From assembly GCF_036321535.1 (NCBI RefSeq), contig NC_087447.1:40798001-40862000 (forward strand): DNA of 64,000 nucleotides, written 5' to 3'. Of the stretch, positions 49,201-62,440 are shown piece after piece. The position numbers and the translations under genes are program-made. The first letter of the stretch is position 1, and every line of letters begins with the position of its first letter. The DNA comes from Camelus dromedarius. Its lineage: Eukaryota. The notes beneath the pieces are model-generated. The model was not told the origin of the DNA. It worked only from the letters and a program-made list of their open reading frames with translations, and made no database searches.

Positions 49201-50319
49201 TGCCAGATGTGTGAGATGTGGCAGCAGTACCAGGCCAGGTGGGTGTGAAGTCGACCAACCCTCCCCGGGTGCCTGGGACTTCCCGTGCTAAACCGGATCC
49301 TCTGACCAACCAGATGGCTGTTGCTCCATAGATAGATGTCTCAGTTAGAATGAATTGAGTTCCCCATGTGAGCCCAGAGGTGGGCTAGAGTCAGGGGGCC
49401 TAAAAAGAAACACAAAAACGTCTTTTGTGAAATTCAGCTAAGCAAGGATTTATTTCTACAAGCATTTCCCTCTATTTTGTGGATTTCACTCCTTATATAT
49501 GCAAGTCACTCCCTGTGGGTAGGTATCAGCAAAAAAAAAAAAAAAGAAAAGAAAGAAAGAACTGGAAACTGGGACAAGGAAAAGTAAGGTAAGGCAAAAG
49601 ACAGGGTGAAGAGGTTTTGGCAGCATGACCTTGGGAAAGATAAAGGAAACTGAGCTGCCCCCCAGCCCCCCCCCCCCCACCATCGCCCGGAACCACTCAG
49701 GCTCTGCTATTTCCAGTGCTCCTGGCTCTCCAGCGGGAAGCTGCAGTGGAGGGGGCCACCTGCATGCCTCCTGTGTGTATTGAGGAGGGCTTGAGTAAGA
49801 GTGTCTCCATGAGGCCAGCAGCCTGGGTTAGGGCTGCTCAGGCCATTTCACCTAAAACATCAAGTGCTGCTGCATTTCTGAAGTGATGATAAGACAGGAG
49901 GCAGGAGCCTCCGGCTCGGAGCCATAAAACTAGACAGAGAGGGATCATTTAACTGGAACGCCAGGCAAGGGGGAAATGCCACACTGTGCATATTCTCGGC
50001 AACAGAGCGAAACAAACTTTCATGCGTGTCATTGAAAACTGCAGGGGAGAGGAATCTGGGAAAAGTTCTAGCGAACAAAGGTTGGTAAATGGAAATTAAT
50101 TATACAGTGCCAGTGATTACTCATTTAAGATATGTAAAAGTTCTGCTGATGGTCTCTTTATTCCATTTGCGGTCTGTTATTTGAGTATAATGAAGGTAAG
50201 GACGTGAGTTGGGGCTTTCAAAGGCCTCATTGCTGAACTTACTGTTCCGTCCTCCTGTTTTCCATATGGCTCTCCGTCCCCTGACTGCAGGATGAGATCT
50301 AGAGTCCCCTAACTGCTAA

Positions 50320-50580
50320 CTGCAGCGTCCTGGCAGGAAGCAGGTGGCACTTCCAAATTGGAGAATTTGAGGAGAGTTGAATAATAGATTATTTGCAAAG
50401 CTGTGGGTATGGTGTAGGGAAGCCGTAAGAGATAACGCAAGAGCTTGGGGCTGGAAACAGCAGGCATTTCTCTCACCTCAGGCCCAGAGGGGAAGAAGAC
50501 AAAAGGGAACCGGAACCGGATGGAGCTGAAGGGCCCCTGAGAGGAGCTGACCTTTTGGTGCGGAAGGGGACCCCACAGGG
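50320..50580 (-). mobile_element. LTR41-like ERVL LTR fragment
   Basis: GTCCTGGCAGGAAGCAGGTGGCAC…AATTTGAGGAGAGTTGAATAA…TATTTGCAAAG…GGTGTAGGGAA. Confidence 0.6.
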
Positions 50581-50904
50581 AGATGCTGGGGGAACAGCCC
50601 CTTTCCCTCTGATCTCCCCACAGGTCGGCCCCTGGGGCACAGAGAGGACTCAGAGAGGGTGGGGAGGGGATGGAGGAGGCCAGGCGCCTTGCACACAGTC
50701 CCAGCTCACAGTGCCTCAGGACCTAACTCTCATCGTGCAGGTCGGCTTAAAGTTTAACTTCTAGCTGTTCGGACGGAGTTTAAGGCTTAGTCGTTTACTT
50801 GTCAGCAGGTGTTAATCTCTATATGCAGGAGGGATGGAGAGGACCTCAGACAAATAGAGACTAGGTGCTCATCAGGAGTCAGCCCCCAGAGACGGAGAGC
50901 AGAG

Positions 50905-51030
50905 GACCTGCTTAGTCCAGTGCCTTTATTTTTTCAGATGAGAAATTGAGGCCCAGAGAGGAGGAGTGCCTTGTTCAAAGTCTCACACAGCGATTTAGGG
51001 ACAAAGCTACAATCCAGGTCAGTGCTGAAT
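50905..51030 (-). mobile_element. MIR fragment
   Basis: TTTTCAGATGAGAAATTGAGGCCCAGAGAGG…CTTGTTCAAAGTCTCACACAGC. Confidence 0.7.
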
Positions 51031-54000
51031 GAAATGCAGTTCGTGGTGGGGTGACTGTCTTTAGGAAGGGCTGCAATCTGAGATTCCTGCGTGGAGCTGC
51101 CCCTGGTGACCGGGAGACTGCAGAACTGGGACGGGTGTGGGCAGAGAGGGAGCTGGGCTCTCTCAGAGCACCTTGTCATGCAAATAAAGGTCAGGCCAAG
51201 GTGGAGAGAGAGGGCTCAGAAGCCCCGGGTTGTAGCCAGGTGATGCCCTGAGCTTTTTCCCAGGCTTTGCCCTTCAGCCAGACCAGACTGAGGGAAGAGG
51301 GCCTACTCGGGCCCTGCAGGCCACTGAGCTTGCCCTGGGGAAGGGCAGGGGTTACAGATGGCCCTTGGGGAGCCCAAGTTCCAGGAACCTGGGGACCAAC
51401 TAGGCTTCTTTCGCAGGAGATGAGGCTGCTGGTCCTGAGCCAGCAGGGAGCCCATGAGAAGGGCATTCTGATTCCCTCTGTGAGCCAGCAGCTGGAGGTT
51501 GGGGAGTGGGGCGCTGTGGGAGGCAGGACAGAGAGCTTTGGCCCCGCTGCTGGCACCTCAGCAAGGGAGGGAGGACTGTTAGTAACATTTGGAAGAAATG
51601 CTGGTTTCACCTTCAGCCTGTGGTACCAGGGCTGTTTTTAATTAAAGACGTCTTCCCCCTAAAAATCCATACTGACACCTCAAAATGTCAGAATGTCAAA
51701 AATGGCAGACCTGGTGATTAGGATGAGAATTTGTTTGTGGGACATTGCTGTTTTGCCCATCTGAAGCCAGATTGTCTGGATTTGTGTGTCTGCCTTGAGA
51801 GCCGTCTAGGAACCTAGTTTGTAAATGAGCAAAATCAGGAGTTTCCTTCACAGAACCCTGCTCTGAGCCAGGCACTATGCCACCTTCTTGGTTATATATA
51901 TCCAGCCCTTGCCCTCAAGGAGCTCATGGTCAGTGGATAAGGATAGGGGAAGCCGTGGAAATGAATTTGGGCCCATTAGGGACTGTCAGCATGTCAGGTC
52001 AGTGCTAGAACACAGCAACGTTAGACCTCCTCTCTCGTGCCTGTAATGTAGACATGGGTGCCTCGCCAGCCTTCTACACAGCATGTGAGGGGATGGGCTC
52101 TCTTCATTTATTCAAAAAACATTTAGTTAACTGGGAGAGTAGGAGTCACAATGGGGGACCCCAAAGAGATGGTGACTCTCAGGAGAGGCCGACTTAGCAT
52201 ACGGATGCTCCTCATGCTGGACACCTCCTTCCAGGGTCTTCTCCGTATAGGTCTTGGGTGCTCTGTGAGCTGGCCATTGAGACAACATTCCTTGAGGCCA
52301 CACAGCAGATAGATATACTCTTTAGTTATCTGCCTGGTTCTCTGTGTACTTTTTCGTATATTTTCTCTGGCCAGCTGGATTGTAAACCCCTTAGGAAGGG
52401 AGTCATGCCTTAGATGCTGTGTCTGCCATGGGATGCCCAGGACACATTTGTTCAAGTTGTCAATGGTGGAGGTGGGGCGTCCACTCAGTGCATCCAATGG
52501 GAACAGTTTGGAGTTCTCACCAGGCGCCTTCTTTCTCTTCTCTGGAGCCATGCATGGCTTCCAGCTTTTCATTTATGCTGCTCACATTCCTGGGGGATTT
52601 GGTCCCTTTTCCTTTAGTAGTAAACCTCTGTTTGGCCATGTTTCTTCTTCCACTTTGCCCTCCTCTGAGGTTTGTTAAGTTCAGTGGGCAGATAAAGCTC
52701 TGTGCTTCCCTTGTCCTGCAGTGTTCTCTGCATCACGGTGGTCACCAGGAGTATCTTCTCTCCTGTCCCATAAATCATCTTGCAGCACTGGCTGGCTACC
52801 TCGTGTAGCTGACTTTGAGAAAGCTCTGCAGTGCTATTTCTGAGTAATAATAAATGGAGCAGAAGCTCGGTGGCCTTTACTCTTTCCCTGTAGTTCTGCA
52901 GAGCAGAGACATGTGGAGGGGCGCAGGTTATGACTTGGGGGCAGCTACTGTCAGGGGACGGCAGCTTCCCTAACTGCCTCTTCATTGCAGGCGTTGCCTG
53001 GTCTGTTTCTTCAAGGGACAATTTGCTGATCTGAGTGGAGGATGCTTTCAGCTACTCAGCTCCAGCCCCTTGTCTGGTCTGTCAGAAAGCCGTATGATGA
53101 CAAAAGGAGATGACTGCTGGCTGGATGCCAGCCCTGAAAGCCATGCCCTGTGGTCCGCAGCCAGCCCCTCACACTGCCGTCCCATACAGCCGGGGCCCAA
53201 GCACTGGGCCTTAGCCCACTGCATGGGTAGAATTGTAACCTGTTCCCAGCTCCCAGGTTTGAGAAGCTATTGACTCACATCTATGTAGGCTCAGCACCTT
53301 GACACTGAGCTTGCTTCCCTCCTTGACTCTGATTAGGAGACTGTCCTTGGTAAATCCCCCTCCTGGTCCAACCTGGCCCCAGGAACCTCACTTCTGCACA
53401 GATCCCCATGGATAATACTCCTCCTGGGTTCACTCTCTTGGGAAGAACCTGAAGACCTGCACCCATGGGGACCAGGCTCTGGGCTTCTGGGAAATGATAG
53501 GAACACCCACGGGGCGAAAGGATGACCCTGGACCATGTGTGAAGCTCTCATGTCCTTTCTCTTCAGCTGCCCCTTCTTATCTTGAGCATCCTCCATGAAT
53601 TCTGATTTTCACATTAGCTTTGATGGTTGTCGTTCTAGAATATGGCTTTGGCCATGTTCTGAAATTATTTTTGTAACCTACCCCAACTTTTATGGCATTT
53701 TAACCCCAGGCCCCCTCGTGTTCAATTTTGCCTCGATTGCACCCCTGTCGCACCTGGAACCACCCCCTCCTTGCAAAGTGGCGGAAATAGCTTATAGATA
53801 CTGGATTATTTGTGGAAGTGACTTTGGAGGGAGAAATGGGGCTGGAAATACCAGGGTTTCATGATGTTTACCAGCTCTTAGTGTACTTAGTATAAAATGT
53901 TAGCCCTATGGAGAAGGAATGTTTCCACCTTTACCTGCAATTTGATAGTTGTCCCCAGATGCCAGCATGGAAAATCAGAAAAGGCACAGTAAATCGCTGA

Positions 54001-56829
54001 GCTCAGGAAAATCTTATGTCGTGGGAGCTGTGGACACCATAGAATTATGCTCTTACTTAATGAAGGAGACTTTTTTGCAATAAACTCAGAAGCTGCTAAT
54101 CCAGCCTAGATGCTTGGCCTGTAGTAGGTACTCAGTAAATAGTGGCCATTATTTTAAACTTCATGACCTGCTTATATCTCTAGTAGATGTGATTTTTATT
54201 AAAATGACAACAGAAGTTACACAGTGATTCACAATAAGTCATAATAGGAAGACATGCTATAGGGAAATGTTTGGCTACCCGTGACTCATTGGGACTTTCC
54301 GATCTCTCTGGTGGAAACCTCTGTGGAATGAGATACTAGGCTTCTGCCCTGATGGGACTGTTGATGCTCTGCTCATTGTAAAGCACCACATTGAATGAAC
54401 TAAAAATTGGGTTAGGACTAGTGCATCAGTAAAGCTGCCTGCACAGAGAAAGACAGACATGTAGGAGTCTAAGCCATAGAATAAAAGAGACACACCCTTT
54501 GACTCAGGTGGAAGTCATATTTCTTCCTTGCGAAATAGAACTCTTTTCCATCGCAACTTTATTCATCTTGAGTTATTTCACTCTCGGGGAAATGCTAACT
54601 TTCTCTCCCTGCTCTGATAGCTCTGGGCACTGAGAAGACATTTTCCAGCTCATAGATTGAGTAAGAGGGGCCCTCAGAGGGCTTCCTCCTTTGGTTTCCT
54701 TCATTGCTTCTCTCTAATTTTCCTGTGGAGAAAATATTATCCTTTTCTGTTCTGCAGACCTTGGAGACTGGACCCCCAGCAAAGAGCCCTCTTGCTTCCA
54801 TATGGATCTCTCTGCTCTAAATCCTGGAAAAAAAACACGCTGTGTGGCTTGAGGAGGAAGAAACCCCAAATCCAGGCATCATGCATGCAAGCCCTCTCCA
54901 CCCCGTTACGGCCCCACCCCCACCCCAAGCAGGAAGACTTAACCTCTTCACTTTTGCCTCATTCCTTCCAAAGTCTGGCCATTTCAAATTCACTTTGAAA
55001 AGGCTATATTTAACTGGTCTCTGCTGAGGCATTAACCATAGTCTTAGTTTTGTCTTAAGAACAATTTAAACACAATTGGAACCAAAAACCAAATGATTTT
55101 TAAACAATGATGCAGTGATTTCCTCCCATGTCTCCTTCCTAACCTAGAAAACTGAAGCAAGGGAAGGGAACGGAAGACAAGGTAGTCCCCTGTATCCACC
55201 CTGCCCGACCATCTGCATCCCCTACAGCTCCTCCCGTTTCCCCACACAGAACGGACGGAAATGCGAGTGACAGCCAGTGCCTGCAGCCAAGTTCCCCTGG
55301 CTCAGGAAGCAAAAATGACAAGTAGCCAAGTCAGGCTTTTTCTTGTTTAAACTTCTCTGAAGAACACGAAGGCGTCTGGGCCCTGTGAAGTGTACCGGTG
55401 TGGGGAGGGTGGGGGGTAGAAAGGAGAAACAGCACAGCAAAGCAGTTTGATGGCTGAGTCTGTCCCCCAGTTCTAAGTGGGACCCCTTTCTATCCTCACC
55501 CTCTGAATCAGGCCAGGGCTGGAGTAGAGTCAGGGTCTGCCGAGGGCTGGGTTAGGTGTGGCTGGGGCATGTCCAAGGTGAGGCCAGGGTGATGGTGAAG
55601 TCGTGGCCGGTGGAGTCGCCAGGGTAGGGTCAGGGTCTGGACAGGGTTGGTAGTGAGAGTGATGGTTGGGGTCAACAGGAGATGAAGGTCAAGGTGAAGT
55701 CAGTTAGGTTGTGATTAGAGCTGAGAAAAGGCAGAGTCACACTTGAATGAGAATCTGGTTGTGGGAGATAGAATTTCAGAAGAACTGGGTTGGGTTTGGG
55801 TGGAGCCCTGATTCTGTAGAGTCAGACTCTCCTTAAGTCTCCAGCATCGAATGTTCAGCCCACTCCTCTGGCTGCTGTCTGATTCTTAAGTCCTTCAGGG
55901 CCCAAGCTCATGCCACTCTTTCTGTGCTTTTAGCTTCTGTTCTTGTCCCCGCTGCCTTCCCATATTTCCCAAGCACTGCTTGTCCCCTGGGGTGGGTGCA
56001 GGAATAAAAGTGTCTGAGTTGAAGCAGCTGATCTAGCCACTTGCCTGGCCCATCTGCAGATAGAGGGTGCAGGCAGAGGCGGGCGCAGGGCAGCGCAGGG
56101 CTCCCTGGGGAACTGGGTGATCGATGCCCTCCCCATTTCCTGGAGCAGAGATAATGGGCTCTGTGTTGTGCATGCATCCACTCCTCTTGACACTCGCTCC
56201 TTTCCAGAAGGAAAACCCCGCCTCTCTGGGAGCTGATTAGAAATGGAAGTGCTCTTCTCCTGCTGCCAGGCAAGTGGCCCAGCATCAGCTCATCATCTTC
56301 CTGGCATCTCTGAGCTCCGGCTCCTTGGAAATAGGCAGGCTGCCTGGAAGGGACTCGGAATGTGGTTTCCTGGATCCTGCCCAGAGCACACTGCTCCCTG
56401 GGAACAGGGGCCGGGAGTCAGGGGCAGAGTCCCCTACCCTTCTGGTGGGCAGTAGGTATAGCTGCTGGTGGCAGGGCATGGTTCTCTCTTGACTGTCCAC
56501 AGCAACGGGACTGAAGGATGGTGGTCAGAATGAAGCATTGTGTCCACCGGACGTCAGACTGTCAGCGCTCTCACCCATACCTGGCCGGGGTGACAGTGGG
56601 CTCAGCGGTCAGCAGAGTTCTCAGCACAGCTGAGAAGTGACCCCTCAGGGTGAGACAAGGCTGCTGTCTGCTGGACACTAGCCCAGACCAGAGCCTTTCT
56701 GCACCGTGGCAGACAGCGGGGGAGGAGGAGGTATGGCTCTGTACTAAGACTTCAGGTGGGGACTTCTTCCAGAGGGAGGAAAATGTGATCTAACCTCTCC
56801 GGGACCAGAAGAGATGAATAAGGATGGTT

Positions 56830-57160
56830 GAAAGACCTGGCCGTGTTCAGCTTCCAGAAGGGAAGACCCCAAATATCCAAAGCAGCTTCACGTGCCAAAA
56901 AGACTGGCTTGTAGCAGAGCTCACCAGGGCAAAACTTGGGACCAGTGGGTCTTCTCTACTTGAGGAAGCATTTTCTCTCAGCCAGAGCCATTGAACAGCA
57001 GAATGAGCTGCTTTGTGAGGTACTGAGTTCCCAAGGGCAGGAGATAATCAAGCAGAGCAGGAACTCCTTATCAGTAATGTGGTGTGAGAGAGTCACACAG
57101 CAATGAAGGATTGGATAAACTGACTGTGGAAGGCCCTTCCTGTGAGATGCTCTGGGAAGG
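56830..57160 (+). mobile_element. L3/CR1 3' fragment
   Basis: GAGGAAGCATTTTCT…CAGAGCCATTGAACAGCAGAATGAGCTGCTTTGTGAGGTACTGAGTTCCC…TCAAGCAGAG. Confidence 0.6.
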
Positions 57161-58279
57161 ACGTCTGAAGGTCAAGGTCAAGTGCTTGATTACAGGTGAG
57201 CCTTGGCTTCCTGCATCCCCGTCCACTGTCCAGGCCCTGGCTTCTAGCCCCATGTCCTATGACATCCTCCATGCCATGTTTGAGCACTGTCATCCCTTCT
57301 GCCCTAAGGAGAGCACGATTCTTTCTAATTGACCACCATGTCTTCCTGATTCCAAGGCTCACTTTCTTTAGGGGAAAGCCCAGAGCAGGGAAAAGAGAGG
57401 CACCCACCTCCCAGAGCTGTGCTAACTCCAAAGAAAAACAAGCATCACACCATCCCCAGGGCCCACGGGGACACCTGAGGCTCCTCATCAGATGCCAGCG
57501 GCACTACAAGAAGCCTTTACATCTTCCTGTTTCCCTCCCACAGTCTCTGGTTCTGTCTGCAGCTGCAAGACAGGTGCATCACGATGTCACACTTCAGGCT
57601 TGGAAAAGGACTGAGACTTATAGTTCCCCAAAGAGTTTTGGGGATGCTGGTGCTCTCCACGAAGAGGAGGACTTAGGCCCTGGGGTAATGCCGTGTGAAA
57701 TCCTTCCCGGTGAGAGCTGTGGCAATGTCCTGCATCTCACGTGACTCCAGGCACTACACAGAAGCCTGTGGGCACCTTGACAAAGGGAGCTCATTATTTT
57801 GCCTTTCGTTGTTTTGAAGTTCCGCTTGGCACAGCAGCAGATCAGAGGAGGCCGCCCACCATCAAAGCCTGATTCCATAAGATACAAGCAGCTTATGATT
57901 CAAGACAAACTGTCATCGCAGATTAAAACATGCCTACGCCCCCGATGACAATAGTTATTTTCCCTGAGAATATTGAATGTGTTGCTTACATTTCACAGAC
58001 AAGGGGGAGAGAAATCTAATTCCACTGGGCTGGATCATTTAAAGGCAATCTATGTTCTATAAACACGCTGAAGGGTAGCGTTCCCAAGGCAATATAAAAT
58101 AAATCATGCTTGCATGATTCTTCTATTGCCTTACTATTTGCTTTCCAGTTTTTCAGCCTAATTCTTCTTTATGTGAAGAATTCCATGCCAACTACCTGTG
58201 ATGACTTTTGATTTACTCAATATGAACACCCATGTCTTACTGTGGTCCACGCCATTACTTTAACTAGAAGGATAGTCTC

Positions 58280-58560
58280 ATCTTTATCTACATGGCAAAC
58301 TTCTCTTCATCCCTCAAAGTCCAACTGAGATGCCACTTTTTCTGTGAAGCCCTCCTTTACTCTCTCCAAGAGTTAGTTTTGGGAGTTCCCTGAGCTATAC
58401 GTCCTTGCCTCTATTGTAGTACTTCCCATTTAGAATGGAGCCCTATTTCTCTCTTGTCATATGTTCCTCCCTTTGGGCTGAGAAGTCCTTGAGACCAGGG
58501 ACTATGTCTCTTCAGTGCTTAGACAGCGCCTGGCACATAGTAGGTTCCCATAGTAGTTTA
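58280..58560 (+). mobile_element. L2 3' fragment
   Basis: CTTCATCCCTCAAAGTCCAACT…TCTGTGAAGCC…CCTTGAGACCAGGGACTATGTC…ACAGCGCCTGGCACATAGTAGG. Confidence 0.7.
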
Positions 58561-58620
58561 CTGATTGTGCTTTTCCTATCATATGCAAAGCAACCTGTCC
58601 CCTCTCTGTTTACTACTTTA

Positions 58621-58749
58621 TTTTTTTAACTTTTTTTTATTGAGTTGTAGTCAGTTTACAATGTTGTGTCAAATTCCAGTGTAGAGCACAATTTTTCAGT
58701 TATACATGAACATACATATATTCATTGTCACATTTTTTTCCCTGTGTCT
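58621..58749 (-). mobile_element. Very short (about 130 bp) young 5'-truncated LINE-1 3' end
   Basis: 86 nt (58655-58740) are identical to 21643-21728 of the other young L1. T-rich tail. Direct repeats TGTTTACTACTTTA at 58607-58620 and 58750-58763 (TSD) at a CTTT/AA endonuclease site. Confidence 0.92.
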
Positions 58750-60829
58750 TGTTTACTACTTTAAATGGTGATATTAACCACATAGAAGTGAAAAGTTTGA
58801 TCAAAATACCAGAAAGGACCATTTCCTAGTAGAGGGACCCTAGTATTCTTGTTCCTAGAAGATGTGTTTTAGGTCCAGAATGTTAAAGGGGGAGCTGGAG
58901 GGGCCCCTGCCAGCCTCGGCACTCGTCACAAGGGGCAGCACAGTCAGGACGGGGGCCTGAGCCTCAGAACAGGGCGCTGCGAGCAGGCCAGCTTGACTGC
59001 GCTGCCCAGCACCAGACCCGCAGGGATCTCCCCCAGTAGCCTGCGCCTGCACTTGGCTTCCCCGCCAAAGCATCAAAGGTCACGTTTGTTTGCCACTTTC
59101 AGGAGGCTGATCCGAGTTTGTGTGTTTATTTGTTTGTTTCTCATTTAGGAAGAGCATTATATTCTTTGTGCTCTGAACTGCCAGGCCTGGAATTTCTGAG
59201 GTCACACACATCATGATTTCCTGATTCTTTTCTAGATCGCAGAGGATCCGGAAGCACCCTTCCCCCTGACTGTAAGGGGTTTGGAGACCTGCAGTGGGTC
59301 AGTTAGTGATCCTTTCAGAGAGTCAGACTGATCTGTCATACTGTTTACTTCCCATGATCTTAATTTCAGCAATTTAAGGATGGAGGGGTGGTGTCTGGGT
59401 GTATTTTAAACTGGCTCCATGGAGAAATGTGGACAGCTGTCTGGTTCTGCTAATGGTCCCTTGAGTATTTTGATAGAAGCAATAGAAAGAATTCGTGTGA
59501 TGTGGATGAGCTTCCCGCAGCCCCCTCCCAGAGACAGGAGCAAAGCATTTGTTCTTCTTTTCAAAAAGCTTCCCTGGATTGCGTTCTCCAGGCGAAGTTC
59601 AGTGCTAGGCACCAGAGCTATAATTGAGCATATATGGGCCTGGCCCCCAAGGAGCTTACCGTCTAGTGTGAGGGGTAGACAAGGAAACACTGGGGTGTCA
59701 GGGGAAGGCATCCAACCTAGTTTCTGGGGGCTTGGTGAGGTTTTGTAGAGGAAAGGAGAACTTTCTGAGACTTGAAATTAGGAGTCAGACAAGCAGAAGT
59801 GAAGAAGGACCTAAAGTGTACAGTGAAAACTTTAAGTGGCTTTAAGGTTTGGTTTGTGGGAATTCTTGGGCCCTGCTGGTTATCTCCAAGACCAATATAG
59901 CTGCCTTCTTGCCCCCCACCCCTGCCCTGCCCACTCCAGTCTGTGTCTTCCTGCCTCCCAGAATATACACCAATCGCTGGAAGGATCTTGCCGGAAAGCT
60001 GTGATGACGTTATGCTATTGTTCAGAACTGTTCCATAGCTCCTTATTACATGACAGCTCAAAGCCAGGCAGCTCAGCCTGCATTCTGCATCTTCCATAAC
60101 TGGACTCTAGCTATTGCCTCTGCTCACTGCTGCCTCCCTGTGTCCTGTGTCCAAGAACCATCTCTGTTCCTGCCCCAGCCTAACGCCACCTATTGAAGAG
60201 TGGGACATTTATCCCACTCCTGACACTGGAGCCAATTCTGGTCCAAATTCAGAGAACTTTATAGCTTTCTTGATCAGTAACTCAGTAGTGTATAGTCATG
60301 ACATGATTCCAATAGAGAGGGACTGGCAAGAAACAGAACAAGAACTGGACATGACCTACTCCAAGCCTATTTCATAACCAGTCAGCCAATTTGGGTCAAG
60401 ATTAGCCTGGTGACAGCAGAAATTTTCCTAGTGACATCAAAGCCAGGAGTGAGAAGTATATTTAATAATGGAAATGGGATCCAAGGCTGAAGTCTGGGGA
60501 CTCTACCCAGGTGCCAAATACAGTGCATCCCCAGGTCCTCATCATCATGAGTCTCATCTGGACTCATCTTTCTCCCCTTCCCATTGTACTGAATGAAGCA
60601 AGCCCCTGGAATAAACTGGGGGATGACAGTGACAGGTGATGCCTATTTGTTTGCTGGATGCTGCTTTTCATAACTAAGTTCTTGTTTTTCTCATGTGACC
60701 CCTGGTCCAGGTAGATGAGCCAGGTTCTCTGGTGAATTCTCTCTGTTGGAGTTTTCAGCTGTGGTTGGCTGTCAGCCTCCTGGGGTGGGATTCATGCCAT
60801 ACCTACCCTGGCTAGTAAACATCCAGAAC

Positions 60830-61050
60830 TAAAGACTGACTCCTTGTGTTCAAAATCTGATCTTGCCATTTATAAGCCGATGACTTACCCTGATGCCTCT
60901 GCACTTCAATTTTCTCATTCTTAAAATAGAGAAAATGATTTAAAACAAGCTTCCCTATGAGCTTGTTGTGAGGAGTGAGTGAGTTAGTTGCAGAGAGTGC
61001 TTCAAAAGTATTTACTGGCCTACAGTCAGTGTTTCCTATGGTAACTGTTT
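60830..61050 (+). mobile_element. MIR SINE
   Basis: GTTCAAAATCTG…TGCCATTTATAAGC…CTCTGCACTTCAATTTTCTCATTCTTAAAATAG…TTGTTGTGAGGA. Confidence 0.7.
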
Positions 61051-61169
61051 ATTCCTTCCTCCACTTCAACCTGCTGCCCAGTGAGCTGGCCAAAGTGGTA
61101 ACACCCGGGGCAGGGGTCCGTGCCATGACCACCAAGATTTACGGAGAGAAGGCAGTGGGCATGGGAGGA

Positions 61170-61385
61170 ATTCACTTTGGAGAAAGACATCTACCGATTT
61201 GAATCCAGCCTCTGCAGCTTATTAAGTATGCAATCTTGGGCACATTGCTTAACACTTCAGTTTTCTCATCTATAAAATGCAAATACCAATAGCTCCTTCA
61301 GGATTGTTTTGAAGATTTAATAATGCCTGTAATGTGTGGAGCAGTTTAGCACGGGAACAGAGCAGTTATTTAATAAATGTTAATT
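61170..61385 (+). mobile_element. MIR SINE
   Basis: TTTGAATCCAGCCTCTGC…CTTGGGCA…CTTCAGTTTTCTCATCTATAAAATG…AATAAATGTTA. Confidence 0.8.
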
Positions 61386-61914
61386 TCCTTCCTCTTCCTT
61401 CAGATGGAGCATGATTCTTGCGGGCACAGAGGTGAGCTGCAGAATGGAAGTGGAGGAGCCAGTTTCTCTTGGTTGCCTCATACAATATGCCCTTGGCCCC
61501 GATCACAGGCTCCTTCTTACTCATCTTCTTCACTCTGTTCTTACAGATTCCAATCAGCTGAAATGTTTAATCTCTTTTCTATTTTCTCTACACAATCTTT
61601 TAAAAGTAAAAGCCCCCTTAAGGTTTCCCCAGGGTCCGATTTTTCTAGATTTTCTGTATTCTTCCTGTTTTGGATAATCGCTAGTTATACCAGCAGAATT
61701 TTGGTTCCAAGGGCTTCCATCTAAAGCTCCATGAAATCACAGCTCTTTTCCCACCCACTCTTGGAAATCTGTCTACTAAAACCCAGGCTTCAGGTCTACC
61801 AGGTCTACCCCCTCTACGGCATTTTCCCCAGGTTTCCCAACACTCCTCCACTTCCTCACAGTTGATGGGAACTGAAAAGCCCAGAATAGCAAAGGTTTTT
61901 GTTTTTTTGTTTTT

Positions 61915-62300
61915 GATTTAAATATTTGTTGCTCCCCTACTAGGTATCAAGCACTGTCTCAGCACTAGAAGTTAGCAGAGAGAAAAAGCCCATGCCTGTG
62001 TAGGCCCGACACTTCAGTGTAGACACGGACAACAGCATCGAAATAACCAAATAAGGATTCATGTAATTTTTAGATAGTTAAAAATCCTTGCAGAAAAGTA
62101 AGACAGGGCAGGTGACAGAACATGTAGGGGTGAAGGGGAGTGGATTGGAGGAGTGGGTTGATAAGGTGGTTAGGAAAAGCCTTTCTGAGGTTATGATGTC
62201 CAAGCAGGGACTGAACTCAGGGAGTTGGCCCTGTAAAGACCAGGGGGAGATCTTTGATCTGAGAAGTACCATTGCAGAGACCCAGGGTTGGGGGAAGAAA
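61915..62300 (-). mobile_element. L2 fragment
   Basis: AAATATTTGTTG…CCTACTAGGTATCAAGCACTG…GATAAGGTGGTTAGGAAAAGCCTTTCTGAGG. Confidence 0.6.
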
Positions 62301-62380
62301 AGGCTTTAATCAAAGCCCATAGAGTCCTAGAAGAACCATGGATGGTCACTGGGGACTTCCTGACCCCCTTGAAATGGGCA

Positions 62381-62440
62381 GTGTCTGTGTGTTTGCATGT
62401 GTGTGTGCATATGTGTGTGCATGTGTTTGTGTGTGCGTGC
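62381..62440. repeat. Degenerate (TG)n / (TGTGCA)n microsatellite
   Basis: GTGTCTGTGTGTTTGCATGTGTGTGTGCATATGTGTGTGCATGTGTTTGTGTGTGCGTGC. Confidence 0.8.
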
